From NCBI GenBank assembly GCA_018829905.1, contig JAHJST010000014.1, positions 1-48,430 on the forward strand: 48,430 nt of DNA, written 5' to 3'. Source of the stretch: Patescibacteria group bacterium (GTDB lineage Bacteria; Patescibacteriota; Minisyncoccia; RBG-13-40-8-A). The notes below the pieces were generated by a model. That model saw only the letters and a list, made by a program, of their open reading frames with translations. It did not search any database and was not told the origin of the DNA. Positions 11,401 through 21,518 of this stretch are shown here, in pieces (within the stretch, counting starts at the first letter, position 1; the number at the start of each line of letters is the position of its first letter). The position numbers and the translations under genes are program-made.

Positions 11401-11690
11401 TCATTAGTTTTTTTATTAACTAATTTTAATTTGATTCTTAATGGAGCCTCATAAGATAAACCATCTCTTCTAGCTTTAATTTCATCACACTTGGGTTCAT
11501 CTAAATAATAGTCCTCAAAATACAAAAAAAGATCCTTGCCACCCCAATCGTGGATAGGAGATATTTCATTAAATAAATCCTTAAGATCTTTTTCTAAAAA
11601 TTTTTTATATGAATTTAATTGAATTTCTACTAAGTTTGGAAGCGGGTATAAATTTTTAGGATATTTTGAAAATGTTTTAACTTTAATCAT
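8418..11690 (-). CDS. rpoB: DNA-directed RNA polymerase subunit beta
   Basis: 1090 aa with conserved RpoB blocks ([46 protein letters not shown]) and a roughly 45-aa Lys-rich C-terminal tail. Confidence 0.98.
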   Translation of the reverse strand: MIKVKTFSKYPKNLYPLPNLVEIQLNSYKKFLEKDLKDLFNEISPIHDWGGKDLFLYFEDYYLDEPKCDEIKARRDGLSYEAPLRIKLKLVNKKTNETKEQEVFLTDLPLITPRGTFILNGVERVVISQLIRSAGVFFTTSYNRGKKLHGAKIIPNRGAWLEFDTEYNGSIVVRIDRKRKAPITTLLKIFGLEKEEDILKAFKDVDKGEIQFIKETLKHDSTKNQEDAYLEIYKRIRPGDLAAIDNAKNLIDNMFHNFDRYDLSEVGRYKLNHRLGIKTPLDKEHRTLRKEDLILTIKEIIKLNNDPDRIGDDIDHLGNRRVRALGELLENKFRTGLSRMERIIRDKMSTLDIYTLTPAQLVNARPLMASVKEFFTSSQLSQFMNQINPLSELEHKRRLSAMGPGGLTKERAGFEVRDVHASHYGRICPIETPEGPNIGLVGHLASYARISDYGFIETPYRKVKSGVITNEIVYLDAFEEEKYNIAHTGVSIDNSNRIKDKSVEARVHGEPGMVAKEKIDFMDVSPYQCISIATGLIPFVEHDDSNRALMGSNMQRQAVPLVKSQAPLVGTGIEPRAAKDSGQVLVAEEDGVIKEVDGSRIVCVSGSKKKEYLLNNFIRSNDYTCITQKPIVEKGQKIKKGDILADSSSTDGGVLALGQNLLVAFMTWSGANFEDAIIISERLVKDNRFSSIHIEESTCEVRDTKLGTETTTSDIPNVGENRLKNLDEEGIIRIGAEVGQDDILVGKISPKGETDLTAEERLLRAIFGDKARDIKDTSMRLSHGKTGRVVGIKIFSREKGDKLNTGVIKAIQVEIAQFRKVSVGDKLAGRHGNKGVISKILPEEDMPYLEDGTPVDIILNPLGVASRMNIGQILETHLGWAASKLGYRAYTPAFSGVTEDEIRQELKKAGLPETGKVKLKDGRSGEEFTHPITVGQIYMMKLNHLVEDKLHMRSIGPYSLITQQPLGGKAQFGGQRFGEMEVWALEGYGSAYSLQEMLTIKSDDVVGRANAYDAIIKGNPIHNPNIPSSFNVLVSELKSLGFSINPMKKERKTVVRKKIVKAEKKESEKAIKRKIKKASKEKEKIKKTKK

Positions 11691-11747
11691 TTGATAAAAA
11701 AATATAAAGATAATGTACCCTAAAACAGCCGTTTTTAGGGCCTTTCC

Positions 11748-11776
11748 ATATTAATCTATTTTTATTTTATAGTCAA
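11748..11776 (-). promoter_or_regulatory. Candidate rpoB promoter
   Basis: The minus strand reads TTGACT (11771-11776), a 17-nt spacer, then TAATAT (11748-11753). A hairpin ccctaaaa/ttttaggg (11718-11740) follows in the roughly 50-nt leader. Confidence 0.45.
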
Positions 11777-11782
11777 GTATTT

Positions 11783-12034
11783 TTAGAGATTAAAGCTAAG
11801 GGCTTTAATAATTGATTTGACTATCCTCTGAGAGGTAAGCCCTGCCTGTTTATTAATCTCTAATTTAATATCATTTACTGACTCTAACTTAATTCTATTC
11901 TTTTTTAATAAAAAGTCAAGTGTGGATAAAATTTTATCAGAATCTTTAGCTACTTTTTTATCTTTTCCCAAAATTAACTCGACTGAAGATCGGCCACTAT
12001 CCCCTGCTTTACCAACTTTAAATATTAGAATCAT
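11783..12034 (-). CDS. Hypothetical protein
   Basis: 83-aa ORF with no SD. A TAATAT box lies 6 nt upstream of the ATG. Confidence 0.5.
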   Translation of the reverse strand: MILIFKVGKAGDSGRSSVELILGKDKKVAKDSDKILSTLDFLLKKNRIKLESVNDIKLEINKQAGLTSQRIVKSIIKALSFNL

Positions 12035-12071
12035 AATTATATATTAACATTAAGAAAATTTCTTGTCTAAT

Positions 12072-12105
12072 AAAAATGGACCAGTTTAAAAAAATAAACT
12101 GGTCC
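12072..12105 (-). terminator. Rho-independent terminator after the 101-aa ORF
   Basis: The stem ggaccagttta pairs with taaactggtcc, followed by a T-run on the minus strand. Confidence 0.75.
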
Positions 12106-12112
12106 CTTGTTT

Positions 12113-12418
12113 TTATTTCTTTTCTAAAAACATTTCTATTCTTTTTTTAAGTTCTTCTTTATTCCAATATGTTTGTAATTGATCTGGGTTTGGTGGTTTA
12201 AGATGTTTTGGAAAAATAAAAAGACAATCTATATTTTGACACGACCAGCCTCTACCGCAATAAAAAGAAACCATACGAAAACCATTACAATTAGGACAAT
12301 CTATCCCATGATCACTGCTACAAGAAAGATTTGTTTCATGAATCTTTTTTTCCCTTTGTATCCATTCTTTTACAACTTTTTTAATTATATCTTCTGAAAC
12401 CTTTTTGTTTCTATTCAT
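12113..12418 (-). CDS. Hypothetical Cys-rich (zinc-ribbon-like) protein
   Basis: 101 aa with CPNCNG...CGRGWSCQNIDC and a strong SD (TAGGAGGTTTTAACAA-ATG). Confidence 0.65.
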   Translation of the reverse strand: MNRNKKVSEDIIKKVVKEWIQREKKIHETNLSCSSDHGIDCPNCNGFRMVSFYCGRGWSCQNIDCLFIFPKHLKPPNPDQLQTYWNKEELKKRIEMFLEKK

Positions 12419-12463
12419 TTGTTAAAACCTCCTAAAAACAATATATCACATCTATAAAAAATA

Positions 12464-13552
12464 TCAACCCCTTCTCATGGCAATACTCTGAATAATACCA
12501 ATTGTTATAAAAGAAATAACTAAATTACTACCACCATAAGAAACAAAAGGAAGAGAAATACCAGCAATAGGCAAAATACCAAGATTCATACCAATATTAA
12601 CAAATATTTGAAAAATAAAAACAGTTAGAGCGCCTATACAAAATAACCTGGCAAAATTATTAGAAGAATTTAAAGCAATCTTAATAATCCTATAAAACAA
12701 TAAAGTATAAAAAACAAACAAAAGAAAAACTCCAACAAAACCTAATTCTTCAGCAATAGAAGCAAAAATAAAATCTGTGTGTTGTTCTGGTAAAAAATTT
12801 AATTGTGATTGAGAACCATGTCCTAATCCCCTACCAAAAAACTCTCCAGCACCAATAGCAATAACAGATTGTATTCTATGATAACCACCACCCAAAGGAT
12901 CTAAATATGGATTAAAAAAACTAGTTATTCTTTGTTTTTGATATGGTTTTAACAAACCAAGCCATAAAATACCTAAAACAATAACACCAATTAAAAGTAA
13001 AACAATTAATTGTTTAATTTTAATTCCAGCAACAATCATACTTAATAACCATAAAAAAACTAAAACCATTGCTGAACCAAAATCTGGTTGAAAAAATACT
13101 AATATAACAGGAATACCAACATATATACCAGAAGCAATAATATGACGAATCCTATAAAGCTCAATATGACGTAAAGAAAAATATTGAGCTAAAATTAATA
13201 TCATTACTAATTTAGCTATTTCAACTGGCTCAAAATGAAATGAACCAATTCTAAACCAAGAAGATGCACCTCTAATATTGCTTCCAAAAAAAAGAACAAT
13301 AACTAAAAGCAAATTAATTAAAATATATAAAGCTAAAAGAAGACGAGGGTGATTTCTAAAAAATCTATAATCCAACAAACCAAAAATAAAAATTAAAAAA
13401 AAGCCAATAACTATAAAAGTCATTTGCTTAAAAAAGAAATTCTTATTTTGAGCAAAAGATGTAGAAAATATTGAAATTAAACCAGTAACACAAATAAGAA
13501 AGACAGAAATAATTAAAATCCAATCAAGTTTTTTAAGAAAATAAATAAACAT
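12464..13552 (-). CDS. ftsW: FtsW/RodA/SpoVE-family peptidoglycan glycosyltransferase
   Basis: 362 aa and polytopic. It has the SEDS-family blocks FQPDFGSAMV, LPEQHTDFIFASIAEELG and LPFVSYGGS. I cannot distinguish rodA from ftsW. Confidence 0.88.
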   Translation of the reverse strand: MFIYFLKKLDWILIISVFLICVTGLISIFSTSFAQNKNFFFKQMTFIVIGFFLIFIFGLLDYRFFRNHPRLLLALYILINLLLVIVLFFGSNIRGASSWFRIGSFHFEPVEIAKLVMILILAQYFSLRHIELYRIRHIIASGIYVGIPVILVFFQPDFGSAMVLVFLWLLSMIVAGIKIKQLIVLLLIGVIVLGILWLGLLKPYQKQRITSFFNPYLDPLGGGYHRIQSVIAIGAGEFFGRGLGHGSQSQLNFLPEQHTDFIFASIAEELGFVGVFLLFVFYTLLFYRIIKIALNSSNNFARLFCIGALTVFIFQIFVNIGMNLGILPIAGISLPFVSYGGSNLVISFITIGIIQSIAMRRG

Positions 13553-13564
13553 GACTTAATAATA

Positions 13565-13600
13565 ACAAAAAACAATGCATTTTAGAATGCATTGTTTTTA
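13565..13600 (-). terminator. Rho-independent terminator
   Basis: The stem aacaatgcat pairs with atgcattgtt and has T/A runs on both sides. Confidence 0.75.
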
Positions 13601-13607
13601 TAAATTA

Positions 13608-14219
13608 TTATTCTATCTGTTTTGCCCTTTCTTCTGGGTCATAAAATCTAATTAAAATTCCTTCTGCTTCTTCTACTATTCCATTACTTTCTCTGGTAAA
13701 AACAATTTCCATTCCGCTAATGTCGGTAGCATAAGACTTTTTTTCTCCCTTTTTTAATTTATCTAATTCTATTCTAGATAATTTCATATCAGAAGGAAGC
13801 TCAGCTTTTATTCTATAAAAATTTTGTAATACTTGATTCCTTGTCAGCCCATCATTTATGTTCATGTCTGAATTACCAGCAAGTTTCTGTCTTCCTAGAA
13901 GCTCTGAAGATGATTTGCCTTCTGGGTTATAATGATGCCTTTGTCTAGACCACAAACAAATACTATTTACTTGACCGGGAATATTTAAATTTTCTTTCAT
14001 ACCATCTTTTGTTACAAATATATCAAGATTTGCTTGATAAACCTTAAGTAGATGTTTTTCTTCGTCTGTTCTTTCTGCTTCTGTTTTTTTATTAATTCTT
14101 TCAAATTCACTACGTATTTCTTCGAATCTTCTTTTGCCAAATTCTTTTTTATTATTTTCTTCTTCTAAATATTTCTCTTTTTTTGTTTTTTCCCTTTCCA
14201 ATGGATTTCCTTCAAACAT
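13608..14219 (-). CDS. Hypothetical protein
   Basis: 203-aa charged ORF with no recognisable motif. Confidence 0.6.
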   Translation of the reverse strand: MFEGNPLEREKTKKEKYLEEENNKKEFGKRRFEEIRSEFERINKKTEAERTDEEKHLLKVYQANLDIFVTKDGMKENLNIPGQVNSICLWSRQRHHYNPEGKSSSELLGRQKLAGNSDMNINDGLTRNQVLQNFYRIKAELPSDMKLSRIELDKLKKGEKKSYATDISGMEIVFTRESNGIVEEAEGILIRFYDPEERAKQIE

Positions 14220-14321
14220 AATATTATATTTCTTTTTTAAATTTAAAATGCTATCAACATTAAAAATCTAAAAAAGTTAAATTAATTTTTATATCCTCCT
14301 TATATAAATAATATCACATAA

Positions 14322-15116
14322 TTAATATTCTTTAAATCTTTCAATTGTTCCATGTGTTTTAATAAAATTACTATTAAGGAACATGTTAGTATATGGTTTT
14401 AATTCAAAAGAATCAAATTCTATATTAGTTGGCCAATTAATTTCAAAATATCTATTTTCTTGCATTACAACAGTTCTAATATTTGTTTGCCCAGCAGAAA
14501 CAAGATTATTGTTTTTAAATAATAATCCAACTATTTCTATTTTATCTAAATCAAAACTACTATTATTATTAACAGTCCCAAATAATTTTATTCCATTAGT
14601 TAAATTATAACCAGAATTTTTTATCTTTAAATCAATTTCTTTAAAATCTTTTAATTTTATCCATTCAATATCTTTTAATTCAATATTTACTTTAATTAAA
14701 TTATCAACTGATAATTTTTGCTCAACAATATATCTATTTTGTTCTGGTAAAATATATGTTTTACCATCTTTAGAAGAAATTAATTCATTATTTGAATCAA
14801 GAAAATTTATAACATAAGTAACAGATTCTACTCCCCAATCTGAATTAGAGTTTTTAATTTCTAAAACTAAATCAAAATAATTATCAGTAGTAGGAATGAT
14901 TTGACTAGAAACAACAATTAATGGATCTCTAATATCTTCTGCGCATGGACCACAAGGACCACCACAATCTATTCCTGTTTCTCCTTGATTTTGAATTTGA
15001 TCAAAGCAAGTAGTTGACCCTGATTTTGTTAAAAGCCAAATACCACCAATAATAACTATAAGAATAGCAATAAATATTAATGCAATTTTAAATTGTTTTT
15101 TAGTATATTTATTCAT
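14322..15116 (-). CDS. Hypothetical membrane-anchored extracellular protein with a CGGPCGPC motif
   Basis: I trimmed the start to the ATG at 15116 (MNKYTKK...). This removes the overlap with the GNAT gene and places an ATTATA -10 box 7 nt upstream. The protein has one TM helix followed by TCFDQ...GIDCGGPCGPC. Confidence 0.65.
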   Translation of the reverse strand: MNKYTKKQFKIALIFIAILIVIIGGIWLLTKSGSTTCFDQIQNQGETGIDCGGPCGPCAEDIRDPLIVVSSQIIPTTDNYFDLVLEIKNSNSDWGVESVTYVINFLDSNNELISSKDGKTYILPEQNRYIVEQKLSVDNLIKVNIELKDIEWIKLKDFKEIDLKIKNSGYNLTNGIKLFGTVNNNSSFDLDKIEIVGLLFKNNNLVSAGQTNIRTVVMQENRYFEINWPTNIEFDSFELKPYTNMFLNSNFIKTHGTIERFKEY

Positions 15117-15174
15117 TAATTTAATTATATCATAAAAATAAACGGCTCGTATATTAAACAAGCCGTTTTTAAAA

Positions 15175-15732
15175 TTATTCTTCTTGATACTTTTTCCATA
15201 AAGGTAAAAAATCTTCTTTCCAAACAACAAGATGAATAAGATCAACATACTCACCATTAACAAAAATGTGCTTTTCAAATTTTCCACAAATTTTGTAACC
15301 ACACTTTTTATTATACCCAATACTTCTACCATTAAACGCTAATGCAGATGATAAAACCTTTCTAAGGTTTTCAGTATTAAAAGCATGATTTAATAAAATC
15401 ATTTTAGCATCTGTTCCATATCCTTTTCCCCAATAATCTTTTTCTCCAATTAAAGCACCAGTTTCTGCAAAACCATTACGATGATCAATTTTGTGTAATC
15501 CCATGGTTCCAATGCTTTTTCCATCTTTTGTTTCAATAACAACCAATCTTTCATTTTCTTTTTTTCTATCAAAAAATTCTTCTTCATCCTTTTTTGTAAG
15601 TGGAACAAAATTAGACACAAATGGTCTAATTTCTGGATCATTAATCCATTTTGTCACGTTCTCTAAATCCTTTTCCTTGTCTAATGGTCTAAGAATAACC
15701 ATTTTACCTTTTAGAAAAATAATCTTTTCCAT
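15175..15732 (-). CDS. GNAT-family N-acetyltransferase (RimJ/RimL-like)
   Basis: 185 aa with a GNAT core (IGEKDYWGKGYGTDA, LNHAF...L). The SD is TAGGAG. Confidence 0.8.
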   Translation of the reverse strand: MEKIIFLKGKMVILRPLDKEKDLENVTKWINDPEIRPFVSNFVPLTKKDEEEFFDRKKENERLVVIETKDGKSIGTMGLHKIDHRNGFAETGALIGEKDYWGKGYGTDAKMILLNHAFNTENLRKVLSSALAFNGRSIGYNKKCGYKICGKFEKHIFVNGEYVDLIHLVVWKEDFLPLWKKYQEE

Positions 15733-15749
15733 TTTAAAGTACTCCTAAA

Positions 15750-15780
15750 ATAAAATATCAGGCTAGGTTAGCCTGATATT
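15750..15780 (-). terminator. Terminator of the 23S-5S unit
   Basis: 11-bp stem in which atatcaggcta pairs with tagcctgatat, followed by a T-run on the minus strand. Confidence 0.7.
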
Positions 15781-15920
15781 GAATCTCAAATAAATAAAAC
15801 TTTAAAAAACTTTAGAACCAATATCAAACCAACCCTTTTGATTTCTACCATAAGAAGGGGTAACAAATTTAATTAAATTAATATGATATTGTTCCATATG
15901 TTTATAAAGTTATGATCATT

Positions 15921-16030
15921 ATAAGGGAACTACCTACTCTCGCGTAAAAACACTACCATCGGCCTTAAGAGGTTTCACTTCTGAGTTCGGAATGGGATCA
16001 GGTGGAGCCCTCTTGGTATGGTTCCCTTAT
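15921..16030 (-). rRNA. rrf: 5S rRNA
   Basis: The reverse complement contains CCCATTCCGAACTCAGAAGTGAAAC. Helix I is formed by AAGGGAAC and GTTCCCTT at the two ends. Length is about 110 nt. Confidence 0.88.
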
Positions 16031-16183
16031 AATAATCACAACTAAATAATGCACATAAATTGCCAGCTAAATCAAGGTAAATGATTTATTAGTACTTCTC
16101 GGCTAAACACATTGCTGTGCTTACACCTGAAGCCTATCAAGGTCGTAGTCTCCGACCAATCTATGATACTTAATCTTGAGATT

Positions 16184-16221
<38 letters not shown>

Positions 16222-16404
16222 CAACGTAGCTACCCAGCAATGCCCTTGGCAGGACAACTGGCACACCAGAGGTTAGTTCATTCCGGTCCTCTCGTACTAG
16301 GAACAAGTTCTCTCAAGTATCAACGCCTACGGCAGATAGGGTCCAACCTGTTTTACAACGGTCTAAACCCAGCTCGCGTACCCTTTTAATTGGCGAACAG
16401 CCAA

Positions 16405-17244
16405 CGTGTACACACTCCATAATTACTTATGGTACAGACTATAACTTTATTCTTATGATTTCTAAATAAGAATACCGACGTATTATAGAGGGTTATTTAC
16501 CTCTATCCCGCGCTCGATCTAATCGAGCAAACGAAGTCGTTACGGGGTTATACGACAATTTGTATCTCATTGATGGAATTATATACGGATATACAATTCC
16601 ACAAAATCTCTTTGCATCTTTGCTTGGGATATATAATCTATATCCATCTTGAATCCAGTGTAATCTAGAATCAAAAGAAAAATTTTTCTTAAGACATTTT
16701 TTTAATATCTCATTTTCTTCCTTTGTGAATGACAAAGTATTAAGAAATAGACCATAACAGTCATTTCTTCTACCACCATCATCCATAAACCATACTGCTA
16801 AACTTAATGAAGACTTTAATAATGAACAAATATTTTTTGGAATAACTTTCTTGCCTGTTTTTGAATAAAACTGCATGTGTAATTTTTCCAAAAAATCATT
16901 TGTTTTTGTCTTAAATCTCCACTGAGTATAAATCTTATCATATCTTTTATCAAAGATTTTAATACAATGTGGTTTTGAAGAAGTTAATTTTTGCAATTTT
17001 TTATACTTCCAGAATAAATATTTTTTCTGAGATTCTGAATGACCTATCTCTAATCGTACACTATTTTTAGTTTTTCCTAAATAAGCATCTCCTAATAAGG
17101 TGCCTATAATAATTGCATTTTCTTCTGACGAAATCTTGTATTGTCGCAAACTTCCCACGATATTACCCATTCTTTTATTTTAACATAAAAGAATTAGAGC
17201 TTCATCGTTATTAGTCGATTTTACAAGGGCTTGATTCTGTTCTT
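16405..17244 (-). mobile_element. Group I intron in 23S (A-loop region, approx. E. coli 2546) carrying a LAGLIDADG gene
   Basis: The exons join as CCCAAGGGT|TTGGCTGTTCGCC. The 5' exon ends in U. An internal guide GCCCTTG pairs with CAAGGGT. The conserved GTTATAGTC (J8/7-P7') element is present and the intron ends in G. Confidence 0.7.
16493..17170 (-). CDS. LAGLIDADG homing endonuclease (intron-encoded, two-motif)
   Basis: 225 aa with motifs LLGDAYL and WFMDDGG. It lies entirely inside the intron. Confidence 0.9.
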   Translation of the reverse strand: MGNIVGSLRQYKISSEENAIIIGTLLGDAYLGKTKNSVRLEIGHSESQKKYLFWKYKKLQKLTSSKPHCIKIFDKRYDKIYTQWRFKTKTNDFLEKLHMQFYSKTGKKVIPKNICSLLKSSLSLAVWFMDDGGRRNDCYGLFLNTLSFTKEENEILKKCLKKNFSFDSRLHWIQDGYRLYIPSKDAKRFCGIVYPYIIPSMRYKLSYNPVTTSFARLDRARDRGK

Positions 17245-17279
17245 ACCCTTGGGACCTGCTTCAGCCCCAGGATAGGATG

Positions 17280-18133
17280 CATATTACTCATGTATTACTA
17301 CACGTATAGACTATATCATCACCCTATTCTTTAAAAAAGAATGAGGGGTTCAACGTATTATAGTAGTTTAAATCCAGAATATCTGGTACCTACTATCTTG
17401 TCATATAGACTCAGTCGTTACGGGGTTAAAGAAATTTTATATCTCATTTGGGGAACAATATATTGATTAATTATTCCGCAAAATCTTTTAGACTCTCTAC
17501 TTGGAATATAAATATTCCAAAATTTTCCTTTTCTATGCAATTTGCTTTCTATCTTAAAATTATCTTTTAGACATTTTTGCAATAATTTCTGTTCTTTAAG
17601 AGAAAAAGATTCTGTGCTTATTCTAAAAGCATTGCAATCTGTTCTTTTGTGTCCATCGTCCATGAACCAAATTGCCAAGGACAAAGGAGATTTCAAGAAT
17701 TTGTGAATATCTAATGGAATAATTTTTCTATTACTTTTATAAAATTTATTTCTATAAAAGTTAAATAATTCTAAAGAAAAAGTAGAAAAATGCCATCTCT
17801 TATATTCTTTTTTCGTTCTTTTATCAGTTCTTTCAATTATTCTTGGCTTACTTGAAGCTAAATTATTAAATTCTAAATATTTCCACTTCAAATAAGTTTT
17901 CTGTTTTTCCGTATGATCAACCTTTAAACGAACATTTTTTCCATTTTGTTCTAAATGACCATCTCCTAAAATTATTCCTATTAAGATATCCTTTTGTCTA
18001 TTCGATAAATTCATAAATTTCTTTAACTTCCCACGATATTGCCTTATTATATCTGGGTTTCTTTTAATAAGGTTTCATCGTTATTAGTTAAATTTAGACA
18101 TTCTGATTTCTCAGAACGCGGCCAATCCTTTTT
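17280..18133 (-). mobile_element. Group I intron in 23S (PTC, approx. E. coli 2511) carrying a LAGLIDADG gene
   Basis: The exons join as CGATGTCGGCT|CATCCTATCCTGGGGCTG. The guide GGCCG pairs with CGGCT. A GATATAGTC element is present and the intron ends in G. Confidence 0.7.
17418..18014 (-). CDS. LAGLIDADG homing endonuclease (intron-encoded)
   Basis: 198 aa with motifs ILGDGHL and WFMDDGH. Confidence 0.9.
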   Translation of the reverse strand: MNLSNRQKDILIGIILGDGHLEQNGKNVRLKVDHTEKQKTYLKWKYLEFNNLASSKPRIIERTDKRTKKEYKRWHFSTFSLELFNFYRNKFYKSNRKIIPLDIHKFLKSPLSLAIWFMDDGHKRTDCNAFRISTESFSLKEQKLLQKCLKDNFKIESKLHRKGKFWNIYIPSRESKRFCGIINQYIVPQMRYKISLTP

Positions 18134-18144
18134 AGCCGACATCG

Positions 18145-18969
18145 CTTATCGGCATTTTCTCTTCTCACGAAGAGGTTCGGACTATATCTTCATCCTTTAT
18201 GATCTAATAAAGGAGTTGACGTATTATAGAAGCTATATTTTTTAAAACAACTTCTATCTGCTTTTTAAAGCAAGTCTCTACAGGGCTATAACTCAATTTT
18301 ATACTTCATAGATGAAACAATATTATCTTGTATAAGATTTATTAATTTTGGTATTGAATCTTTTAAAAATCTTAAACGATAATAATTTTTATCTTTATTC
18401 ATTCTTACATGCAATCCAATGTTTTTTAATAGAGATACCAAGATTTTTTGTTCTTTAACACTAAATTGTTGAGTATTTAAGTAAAAATCAGATTCTCTAC
18501 ATCTACTTCCATCGTCCATAAACCAAACAGATAAAATTACTGGATCTAATTTAATTTCTTTAGGAATTATTTTCTTACCATTTTTATAAAACAAATTATA
18601 AATTTCTGTCAATTCAGTGCTTTGTTTTGTGTTAAAACGATAAGAAATTCTATTTCCACTATTATTTCTTTTTTTGGGTGGAGAAATTGATATATTTTTT
18701 AATACAGAATATTTCCAATCAACATATTCTTTTTGTTTAAAAGAATGATTGATTTCTAAAAATGCATTCTTCCTTCCAGGAACAATTCTTAAATATCCAT
18801 CACCCAAAACAGATCCAATAATCATAGATCTCTGTAATTGAGTTAAGCTTCCCACGGTATCGACCATATATATTAATTATACTCTATTTTGGCCAGAACA
18901 TATATGGCTTTCACCGTTATAAGTCAAATTTTTTGTATAGCATTACTACTATAGCACCCCAATGTATTA
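18145..18969 (-). mobile_element. Group I intron in 23S (PTC, approx. E. coli 2500) carrying a LAGLIDADG gene
   Basis: The exons join as GTTCGGCACCT|CGATGTCGGCT. The guide GGGGTGC pairs with GCACCT. A GATATAGTC element is followed by the P9-like hairpin CTCTTCGTGAGAAGAG, and the intron ends in G. Confidence 0.72.
18286..18867 (-). CDS. LAGLIDADG homing endonuclease (intron-encoded)
   Basis: 193 aa with motifs VLGDGYL and WFMDDGS. Confidence 0.9.
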   Translation of the reverse strand: MVDTVGSLTQLQRSMIIGSVLGDGYLRIVPGRKNAFLEINHSFKQKEYVDWKYSVLKNISISPPKKRNNSGNRISYRFNTKQSTELTEIYNLFYKNGKKIIPKEIKLDPVILSVWFMDDGSRCRESDFYLNTQQFSVKEQKILVSLLKNIGLHVRMNKDKNYYRLRFLKDSIPKLINLIQDNIVSSMKYKIEL

Positions 18970-19020
18970 AGGTGCCGAACAGCGCCGTCGCTATGGACGC
19001 TCAGGCGCTACTAGCCTGTT

Positions 19021-19282
19021 CAATCTTAATTAGATTAGACTATATCTTCATCCTGATAAAAATCAGGAGGCGGCGTATTATGGTAGTTTAAATCCAGAAT
19101 ATCTGGTACCTACCATCTTGTCTTATAAGACTCAGTCGTTACAGGGTCAATCTATAAGAATAGATGACTTCCCACGGAATTATCTAATCAACCCCAATGA
19201 TAGATTAGATTTCTCCGTTATAAGCCGCATTTTTTACTTGCCATTACTGACAAGGGGGACAACAATCCTTATTTCAGGATCT
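19021..19282 (-). mobile_element. ORF-less group I intron in 23S (PTC, E. coli 2449 site)
   Basis: The exons join as CCCCGGGGAT|AACAGGCTAGTAGCGCC. The guide GTCCCC pairs with GGGGAT. A GATATAGTC element is present. Length is 262 nt with no ORF. Confidence 0.72.
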
Positions 19283-19805
19283 ATCCCCGGGGTAACTTTT
19301 ATCCGGTGTCTCCCCCATTTCTACAAATAAGGGTCGGTTCACTAAGTTCTGCTTTCGCAACTGCGCGACGTGTCAGTCTTGCAGTAAAGCTGGCTTATGC
19401 CTTTACACTATCACTCCGATTTCCATCCGGAGCTAGCCAACCTTTAAACATCTCCGCTACTCTTTAGGAGATGAGCGCCCCACTCAAACTACCCAGCACC
19501 CACTGTCCCTTAGATAAACTAAGGTTAGAATTATTATTTTAAAAGATGGGTATTTCACTGGTGACTCCACCCAATCCGAAAATCAGGCATCATAGTCTCC
19601 CCACTATGCTACGCATTCAAAACAATAACCCAATAGGAACTTATAGTAAAGCTCCCGGGGTCTTTCCGTCTTGCCGCAGGTAACCGGCATCTTTACCGGT
19701 ACTGCATTTTCACCGGGCTCCTCGTTGAGACAGTTCCCCAGTCGTTACGCCATTCCTGCAGGACATAAATTACATGCCAAGGAATTTCGGTACCTTAGGA
19801 CCGTT

Positions 19806-20066
19806 CGAACTGTGTTAGCTCATAGTCGCCTATGAGATCGGACTATATCATATCTTAATAAGTCAGTCGGCAGTTTTTCGACTTACAAGACTCTTGCGTA
19901 TAGTCTCTGGGGGTTCTTGTTAAAAAACAAGTCTTTCCTGCGGATTGTCCGCACTCAAACATTTTTAGGGTTCGCTATAATATCACTATTATAGTATCCT
20001 AGTTTGAGATTCTCGGAGTTTCCCGCATATAGCAAGATTTATTAACGTAACTACAACGATTAACTT
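19806..20066 (-). mobile_element. ORF-less group I intron in 23S helix 69 (E. coli 1917 site)
   Basis: The exons join as GGCCGTAACTAT|AACGGTCCTAAGGTA. The guide GTAGTTACG pairs with CGTAACTAT. A GATATAGTC element is present. Length is 261 nt. Confidence 0.75.
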
Positions 20067-21477
20067 ATAGTTACGGCCGACGTTTACCAGGGCTTCGGAC
20101 AGTGAGCATTCCAATAAATTGGAACACCCCCATCGTTAACCTTCTGGCACTGGTCAGGCGTCAGCCCCTATACATCTTCTTACGAATTAGCAGGGACCTA
20201 TGTTTTTAGTAAACAGTCGCCAGGGATCTTTAGCTGCGGCCTCGCAAAACGAGGCGGTCCTTATTGCAAACTTACGGACGCTGTTTTGCCGAGTTCCTTA
20301 ACGAGGTTTGACCCGTTCACCTTGGGCTACTCGCCCTACCCACCTGTGTCGGTTTGAGGTACGGATCCTTTATTCTTAGCTCTAGAGAATTTTCTTGGAA
20401 ACTTGCTCATTTAAATTGATCTATCCGTGGACAAACCTTTTGTCAATCCTTGGGCTATATCTACCGGATTTACCTGATAGACACCCTTAGACAAACAACG
20501 TGAATCCAATAACACGCTTAAATTACTAAGTTCCGTCATCCCATCGAAAAAATAAAGGAGGGCTGGAATATTAACCAGCTATCCATCGACTACCCCATTT
20601 GGGATTGCCTTAGGACCGCCTAACCCTTGGCTGATTTACATTGCCAAGGAAACCTTGGGTTTTCGGTGACGCGATATCTCATCGCATTTGTGGTTACTCA
20701 TTCCAACATTCTCTCTTCCTTGCGCTCCACCCTACCTCACAGTAGAACTTCACAGCACAAGAAATGCTCCTCTACCACGTATATTTTTAAAAAATATACA
20801 TCCGTATCTTCGGTATCAAGTTTAGCCCCGTTACATTTTCAGCGCGAAGTCTCTAGACTAGTGGGCTATTACGCACTCTTTAAAGGATGGCTGCTTCTAA
20901 GCCAACCTCCTAGCTGTTTGAGTGACTTCACTTCTTTTGCCACTTAACTTGATTTAGGGACCTTAGATTACGATCTGGGCTGTTTCCCTTTTGACCATGG
21001 AGCTTAGCCCCCACAGTCTAACTGCTGATTTATACAACATGGTATTCGGAGTTTGATTGGTTAGGTAGGCGTGAGCCACCCTAATCCATTCAGTGCTCTA
21101 CCCCCATGTCTTAAAAATCAACGCTAACCCTAAAGCTATTTCGAGGAGAACCAGCTATTACCAAGTTCGATTGGCTTTTCACCCCTAACCACAGCTCATC
21201 CCCTAGAATTGCCCGTCTAGTGGGTGCGGACCTCCCTCTGACTATTCATCAAAGTTCATCCTGGCCATGGTTAGCTCACTTGGCTTCGGGTCTCTTGCGT
21301 TTTCTAAAAACGCGCTATTAACACTCGGTTTCCCTATGCTTCCATTCTTACGAATTTAAACAAAGAAAACACAAGAAGTCGTTGGATCGTTCTGCAAAAA
21401 GCACGCCGTCACCCTAATGGGCTCCGACTCTTTGTAAGTATATGGTTTCAGGTACTATTTCACCGGGCTTACCGCCC

Positions 21478-21518
<41 letters not shown>

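Noticed and set aside
14322-15332. The long 336-aa version of the ORF, which overlaps the GNAT gene by 158 nt.
   Set aside because: The internal ATG at 15116 removes the overlap, is preceded by a -10 box and starts directly with a signal-anchor-like sequence.
15802-15897. 31-aa ORF (MEQYHINLIKFVTPSYGRNQKGWFDIGSKVF) between the 5S rRNA and the operon terminator.
   Set aside because: It is too short, has no SD or homology that I can recognise, and could simply be 3' trailer sequence.
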